64,000 bases of DNA. Source: a virus. The translations under genes were made by a program, and so were the position numbers. The notes below the pieces were generated by a model. The model was not told the DNA's origin, ran no database searches, and saw only the letters and a list, made by a program, of their open reading frames with translations. Of this stretch, positions 58,522-64,000 are shown piece after piece; the stretch's first letter is position 1; every line of letters starts with the position of its first letter. The stretch covers positions 64,001 through 128,000 of IMG/VR virus record IMGVR_UViG_3300020477_000001; one strand, 5' to 3'.

Positions 58522-58594
58522 TGGAATAACAACACGAACGAAAAGACTTCATAAAAGTCTTGACCTAACTTAAAAAACTATATAATATATCCCT

Positions 58595-59554
58595 ATGACG
58601 AACGAACGAACTATCCCCAACCCTTTCGAGGGTATCATTGGCCAAAAGAAGGCTAAGAAACAGATAAACTTTTACAGGCGAGGCTACAATGCCACAGGTA
58701 TTCTTCCTCACCTATTGTTTGTTGCTCCGAAAGGATGCGGCAAGACCATGCTGGCTAAGGCTGTTAAAGACACTCTTATGTCCAGAGAGAACCCAGAGAA
58801 AGCTAAGAAGTTTCTGGAGATTAACTGCTCTACGCTTCGCAACGTCAAGCAGTTCTTTAATCAAATCATGATTCCTCATGTTCAACACGAGGAAGTCACA
58901 ATCTTATTCGATGAATCCTCTGAGATTCCTCACGATGTTTCGATGGCACTGCTTACGTGCTTAAACCCGAACAAGCATAATCGTAACGAGTTCTCTTACG
59001 AGGACTATACGGTAGAGATTGACTTCTCGCGACACACTTTCATGTTCGCCACCACCGAGGTGCAGACCATGTTCCACGCTCTTATTGACCGATGCAAGCG
59101 CATCGATCTACAGGAGTACTCTTTAAAGCAACTCGGACAGATTCTCAAGGTTAACCTTGAGGGTATCGAGTTCGAGGAGGGTCTGATGCCCGACATCGCC
59201 TCTACTCTTAGGGGCAATGCTCGTAAAGCAGTTCAGACTGCCAACGACATTTCCTCGTACATGGCGGCGGAGGAGCGAGGTTACTTCACTCGCAAGGACT
59301 GGAACCTGTTCAAAGATGAGCTAGGAATCGAGCCACTCGGATTGTCTCCGATTGAGATTCAACTCTTAGAGATTCTCAACGACAAACCAGAGTGCAGCTT
59401 GACCTACCTGTCAGCCAAGACTGGCATGACCAAGGCGGCAGTACAGAGGGACATTGAGATGTACCTTCTCAAGAACGATCTAATGGAGATCGGCACTGGC
59501 GGACGCAAGATCACCAACAATGGACGTGAGACCTTGGAGGTCATCAATGGATAA
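58595..59554 (+). CDS. ruvB: RuvB-like AAA+ ATPase (Holliday junction branch migration)
   Basis: IIGQ..AK, PHLLF.AP.GCGKT, LFDE, ATT, RGNAR, GL...E...L, C-terminal E.YL.....I...GR.IT. Confidence 0.75.
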   Translation: MTNERTIPNPFEGIIGQKKAKKQINFYRRGYNATGILPHLLFVAPKGCGKTMLAKAVKDTLMSRENPEKAKKFLEINCSTLRNVKQFFNQIMIPHVQHEEVTILFDESSEIPHDVSMALLTCLNPNKHNRNEFSYEDYTVEIDFSRHTFMFATTEVQTMFHALIDRCKRIDLQEYSLKQLGQILKVNLEGIEFEEGLMPDIASTLRGNARKAVQTANDISSYMAAEERGYFTRKDWNLFKDELGIEPLGLSPIEIQLLEILNDKPECSLTYLSAKTGMTKAAVQRDIEMYLLKNDLMEIGTGGRKITNNGRETLEVING

Positions 59555-59885
59555 AGTTACTGCGGAACAGCTTAAGAGAGAGCCATCGGCTCCCTTCGAT
59601 AGAATCGTTCGTCATATGGAGGATTTCCTCGCTGCGCGGATGTGCAGCGAGGAGTCCTTCAACCAAGTGAAGCGTAACACCTACAAGTACACAGACTGCG
59701 GCGCTTGGATTGACGAGGACGAGAACGGTATTACTGTAGGAAGTATTGTCGAAGGAGCAGACTACGGAACCTCGACTTACGTTTTAATCTACCCATTCAA
59801 GATTCAAGAATTCTGGGATGCATTGAATGAAGTAGAGATGGAGGCTAAACAAATCTGGGAGGAGGTCAATGGAGAAGAACAATGA
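59547..59885 (+). CDS. hypothetical protein
   Basis: ORF coupled to ruvB; YKYTDCGAW, GSIVEG. Confidence 0.55.
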   Translation: MDKVTAEQLKREPSAPFDRIVRHMEDFLAARMCSEESFNQVKRNTYKYTDCGAWIDEDENGITVGSIVEGADYGTSTYVLIYPFKIQEFWDALNEVEMEAKQIWEEVNGEEQ

Positions 59886-60216
59886 CATAGACTTCGCAAT
59901 ATTAAACCAAAAAAGATATGAAAAATATAAAGGAATTAATTTAAGTACTTGTTTCTTAGTACATGAATCAGAAAAGGGACACATGAAGGACTGGACTTGT
60001 ATCACGCGGAATGATGACTTCTTTAGAGTAAACATTATCGCAGGTATGGTCTCAATGATGAGAGGAGAAACAGAGTACGACATTACGGGACCAGCAACAA
60101 ATATACTAAACCCCGTACTAGGATTACAGAACAAAGAAGATTTGGAAAAATGTAAATTCTCTGATATAAAGAAGTTTATGAAATGGAGAATCAATAAAGA
60201 TAACTATATAGAATAA
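59869..60216 (+). CDS. hypothetical protein
   Basis: ORF in operon. Confidence 0.45.
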   Translation: MEKNNDIDFAILNQKRYEKYKGINLSTCFLVHESEKGHMKDWTCITRNDDFFRVNIIAGMVSMMRGETEYDITGPATNILNPVLGLQNKEDLEKCKFSDIKKFMKWRINKDNYIE

Positions 60217-60405
60217 GATTATGAATAAGAAAGATACAAATACATATGTTGTTAAGATGACCGAAACCAGCAACGGAGTGGTCGTAGACTCAGTGCAGCA
60301 ACTCGTACAAGTGCTCGGTGTAGATCGTGAGAAGTATAAGACTATCGACAAGCGCGACTTCACCAGCAAGCATCTCAATACTGTTACTAAATTCACAGCG
60401 CGTTA

Positions 60406-60633
60406 ATGAAGAAGTCTCACTGGAAAGAAGGTCTTGAAATACCCAAGCCACCAAAGGGAATCACTCACGCCCAAATAAAGTGTGGCAAGAAGAAGTCTAC
60501 CGTAACTATAAACGACTTCGACACTTTCCGAGGGGTAGAGGGAATGGTGCGCTGGGGTAAGCAAAAGAAGAACAGTAAAACAATTGAATTAATAGGAGAA
60601 GAATTCTTTTGGGACGGATTTAAAGTAGAATAG
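60406..60633 (+). CDS. hypothetical protein
   Basis: ORF; its stop overlaps a mini-repeat. Confidence 0.5.
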   Translation: MKKSHWKEGLEIPKPPKGITHAQIKCGKKKSTVTINDFDTFRGVEGMVRWGKQKKNSKTIELIGEEFFWDGFKVE

Positions 60634-61207
60634 GAACTACAACACAACATAATATTCGCGACTCGCAAGGGAACTACAACACGTTCAAGGACTTGGTATA
60701 AAAATTTCCTCCCAAACCGTGGGCTATCCCAACCCCACACCGGAGTCGATGGAATAGAGGCGGAAGAGAGCTCCGCACTAGCGATGGGGATATCGCTACG
60801 TTTAACACCATCGGCTCCTTGACTTCTTTCAAATAACCTCGTATACTAATACCAGCAAACCAAATAATACAATTTTATCTTTCCTGTATTATTGAAAGTT
60901 CAAACTTCTTAATGTCTCTATGCAATTTAGGGACAACTTCTGCCCTTCATCGGCAAACAAAAATGAATCAAATAACACCAAATAAAAGCGAACCATATAC
61001 GAACAAATAATAGACAAATAAAATAGATATAAGAATATAAGAATATAAAATTTGGCGGGTGACCCTATAATAATAGAACAACAATTGTTAATAACTTTTT
61101 AATAATGTTAATAATTTTTTCTTGACTTAAACATACAGAAAAACGGAATAACAATTATTTTTTTCTTGACAAGCAAAATCGTGTAGAAAATTTTTTATAT
61201 TTTTTTG

Positions 61208-61269
61208 TTGACTCGAAAACCTCGGCGCGAGACAATTGCATTGTCGCCCGCCACGTTTTGGCCTGTCAA
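61208..61269. repeat. palindromic intergenic element, copy 1
   Basis: TTGAC..GGCGCGAGACAAT-loop-ATTGTCGCCCGCC..GTCAA. Confidence 0.8.
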
Positions 61270-61686
61270 GCATTTAATTAAATTATTTTACCAAGCCACA
61301 GTACCTTTCGTATTACTATTAATACAAGTAATATTATTATAAGATTATTATAGTTCATTTATTCTAGTGATAAGATTGTCGATTCCGTCTTGCTTCTTTT
61401 GGTAGCTCTCTTTATCTCTGCCTATGTGGGGACTTAAGTCACTAAGGAAAGACACACGCCACCGCTGCCATTCTAATAAAGAAACCTTTAATAATTCTAG
61501 TTCTTGTTTTGATATTTCTATTTTCATTATTGTTATAAGATTCGAAGGGTTTACCCGCCCCCATTACGGGGGCGGGGTGGGCGCAGATACTATCGCGTGA
61601 GCTTTTCCATCTCACAAAACAATACTATCAACACATACGCCCCGATGATGTATCCGAATATTTCGCCACGCATCACCTCCTTCCAA

Positions 61687-62433
61687 CTACTTCCACTCAA
61701 CAAAGCCAGTGATTTGCTCTGGTTGACGTAGAAACTTTTTGATATTCCCAATCTCAGCAATGCTAGGCTTGTATTTAAGGCCCACGATTTTACCAATTGG
61801 GTCTGTAAAGCGCAAGTCTGATTCATCGCCGTTAATCACTTCCCAACCCCCGAAGTCTGTAGCAGGTAGTTCACCCGCGTATACTACAGCAACATTGACG
61901 CCCCAGCCCAGAAATTGCGCTACTTGCTCGTCACTGGTGTTTTCACTGCGGGAATAAGTTAGGTGGTAGTTCTTGGGCAGTTTACCCTGTGCATATTCTA
62001 CAACGCGGGAAATGTGCTTGGTATAATCATAGAACTGTAAATTGGGGAAAGCTTCAAAGATGTTCTGCCCGTCCAGCTTGTAATCCTCCCAACGTAAATC
62101 ACTTGTACCGTTGAGACGTTCGCAGGGAATGAGATTCTTTTTATTGGATAGCTTGATATGATTTGCTGTTTCCTTCCATAGTTGACGCAAAAATGCTTCT
62201 TCATCATTGACAAGAAACTTTGTCTTTTTGATTCGTGCCTCTTGAATTGGATTCATGCGCCCACGGCCAGAAGTAAACAAACACGCCTTGCGGCATTCTT
62301 TGGATGCGCTTGTGCAGGTGTTCGTTACTCCGCTGACGTTACTTGGGGCAAGGTAAATGATGGCGGTGGAGTATTGCTTTTTGCGTCCTTTGACAGTCTT
62401 TGCGTTGTTATCGATACCGAGAATCTTTTGCAT
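61687..62433 (-). CDS. phage gp88-like (Fe-S/radical-SAM-like) protein
   Basis: YLAP....NTC..AS..C...CL..SGRG, RLNGTSD..W, FYDYTK, NYHLT.S.SE, GD.SD.RF.D. Confidence 0.6.
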   Translation of the reverse strand: MQKILGIDNNAKTVKGRKKQYSTAIIYLAPSNVSGVTNTCTSASKECRKACLFTSGRGRMNPIQEARIKKTKFLVNDEEAFLRQLWKETANHIKLSNKKNLIPCERLNGTSDLRWEDYKLDGQNIFEAFPNLQFYDYTKHISRVVEYAQGKLPKNYHLTYSRSENTSDEQVAQFLGWGVNVAVVYAGELPATDFGGWEVINGDESDLRFTDPIGKIVGLKYKPSIAEIGNIKKFLRQPEQITGFVEWK

Positions 62434-62501
62434 GAGTAGATTATAGGGATAAGAATAAAGAGAGTCCAGAATAAAATTTAATTATTTTTAAAATTAAATG
62501 C

Positions 62502-62565
62502 TTGACTCTGAAAACGCGGCGCGAGACAATCTCTGATTGTCGCTCGCCGAGCTTTAGCGTGTCAA
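62502..62565. repeat. palindromic intergenic element, copy 2
   Basis: Same core as 61208-61269. Confidence 0.8.
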
Positions 62566-62916
62566 TAAAAAAAGCCCACCTTTCGGCGGGCTGTGAATTG
62601 CAAGAACTAAATTAAGCCGAGTAGCCTAAGCCAGCTATCTGGATGGTCTGGCTCTACTGGGTCTCCGTCTGGCGTTTCGCATACAGAGTCCCAGACCCAT
62701 TCCTCAATTTGTTCCATGTCGGGAGTCATAAATTCCCGCCCTTGCCATGTTATTACTTTAGGTATCATAATATTTTAGTCCTCCAATCTTTCGTTATCGC
62801 GAGCCATGTTCTCAAGTTTGCCCCGCTTGTCTTCACTGAGTTTCTCCATTTCTTCGCGGTTTAACTCCTCATCCCATAATATGTCTTCTCTTGATACACT
62901 CATTGTTTTCCTTTGG

Positions 62917-63111
62917 TTAGTCGTTAAAAATGTTCATTGCCCTCTCCAAGCCTTGTCGAACTTCGTATGGGTAAGAGCTATGTTGCTCTATGATTCTCTT
63001 GGCTTGATGCTCTACGGTTTCGGCAACCTCAAGTGATATTCTGAGCTTCTGGGTGATTTCTTGCATTTGCCTCACCCTTTCGTCTTGCTTCTCGCGTTCT
63101 TCGTTCGACAT
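62917..63111 (-). CDS. hypothetical protein
   Basis: ATG 63111 follows TATAAT on the - strand. Confidence 0.45.
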   Translation of the reverse strand: MSNEEREKQDERVRQMQEITQKLRISLEVAETVEHQAKRIIEQHSSYPYEVRQGLERAMNIFND

Positions 63112-63188
63112 GGTTCTATTATAGGGACACGAATAAGGAACACAAGAAAAAAAGAAAAAAAGTTTTTTTAAAAAAGAGAAGAATAAGC

Positions 63189-63252
63189 TTGACCCAAAAA
63201 ACGCGGCGCGAGACAATCTTCGATTGTCGCCCGCCGAGCTTTCGCTCGTCAA
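63189..63252. repeat. palindromic intergenic element, copy 3
   Basis: Same core as 61208-61269. Confidence 0.8.
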
Positions 63253-63259
63253 GCTTTTT

Positions 63260-63511
63260 TTATCGCTGCGGCGGAAGTTCTATCGAGTCGCCGCCAGAGA
63301 AGTCAAGATTATCTTCATCTGGGTATGATTGTTGCCACGCGATAAAATCCAGCATTATTTTTTCGGGGTTCGGCGTATTCCGCACAACCCTGCTCAACTT
63401 ACAAGCTACCTCGTATGCGTTGGGGCTTTCGTCTTTTATGATTTTATTGTCAAATTTGTATTCAACTGCGCGAGTTTTGTCATTTAATAGAATTGCAAAG
63501 TGTTTGTCCAT
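63260..63511 (-). CDS. hypothetical protein
   Basis: ORF between a hairpin and a palindromic element. Confidence 0.5.
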   Translation of the reverse strand: MDKHFAILLNDKTRAVEYKFDNKIIKDESPNAYEVACKLSRVVRNTPNPEKIMLDFIAWQQSYPDEDNLDFSGGDSIELPPQR

Positions 63512-63688
63512 AATGTTTCGGGGATTTGCCCCGCCCCGAAAGGGGCGAGGCTTTTGTTTTTGTTTTAATTAAAGGCATCCCAAAAGATTGCCAGCATTAT
63601 TATTAGTAGGAACCACGAGGCATCGCCAACGCATCACCTCCCTTCATCTTAAAAAGTTCCCCGCCCCCGAAGGGGCGGGGTGTGATTG

Positions 63689-64000
63689 TTAAGCCTCGAC
63701 GGCTACGAGTTCCTCCTCTTTAGGAGCCTCGACCTTGAGCACTAGCTCGGAGCGATTCTCTGGAATCGCGAGCCGATTTACTGCCTTGGTGAACCGCTGA
63801 GTCAGCGTGTTCGCTTGCAGGTAGCGACCATCCGCAACGCTGGTTTGGTGCGTGAAGTGCTGAGTGCCAGCATTCAGCAGATTCCACAAGTTGCGGTCAC
63901 TGTCCTCCTCATGGCGAGGATCGTTCCAGACTTGCGCGATGCCCTCGCGGACAACCTCGCTCACCACTTTGTCCTTCACCATGTGCTGAAGGATGTTCAA
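63689..64000 (-). CDS. DUF932-like protein, C-terminal part (truncated by window)
   Basis: NLWNLLNA.T...TH motif. Confidence 0.45.
   Translation of the reverse strand: MNILQHMVKDKVVSEVVREGIAQVWNDPRHEEDSDRNLWNLLNAGTQHFTHQTSVADGRYLQANTLTQRFTKAVNRLAIPENRSELVLKVEAPKEEELVAVEA

Overview
A 64-kb segment of a large lytic dsDNA (Caudoviricetes-like) phage genome. Weak hints point to a Verrucomicrobia/PVC-type host. Layout: (1) UvsX/RecA recombinase followed by a ~17-kb glycan-synthesis cluster (gmd, fcl, GT4/GT8/GT2/GT6/GT11, epimerases, kinase/nucleotidyltransferase, pyruvyltransferase). (2) Nucleotide metabolism: NrdAB with class Ic-type R2 residues, dNMP kinase, dCMP deaminase, dUTPase, plus two tRNAs. 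(3) Host-takeover and accessory genes: two sigma factors, ribosomal protein bS21, DNA methyltransferase, ferredoxin, SpeD, signal peptidase I, aminoacyl-protein transferase, HDAC, UvsE, HNH, RuvB-like. The main result is a candidate dispersed RNA-guided system. A 502-aa TnpB/Cas12f-like protein (44130-45638) has Asn in place of the third RuvC catalytic Asp and no adjacent transposase. It is preceded by a promoter-driven, highly structured ~160-nt RNA carrying two short anti-repeat segments. About 11 kb downstream is a CRISPR array with 36-nt repeats and 29-31-nt spacers (56227-56777), with no cas1/cas2 in this window. The array's 13-nt 3' end (GGRACTRCAACAC) recurs about 34 more times on the + strand as minimal repeats between 47 and 60.7 kb, several directly after stop codons. 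A separate ~300-nt promoter- and terminator-bounded ncRNA (26101-26410, - strand) also has 11 nt complementary to that motif. Two genome-wide promoter motifs and an unlisted metallothionein-like mini-ORF were also found. All family assignments are by motif recognition, not database searches.
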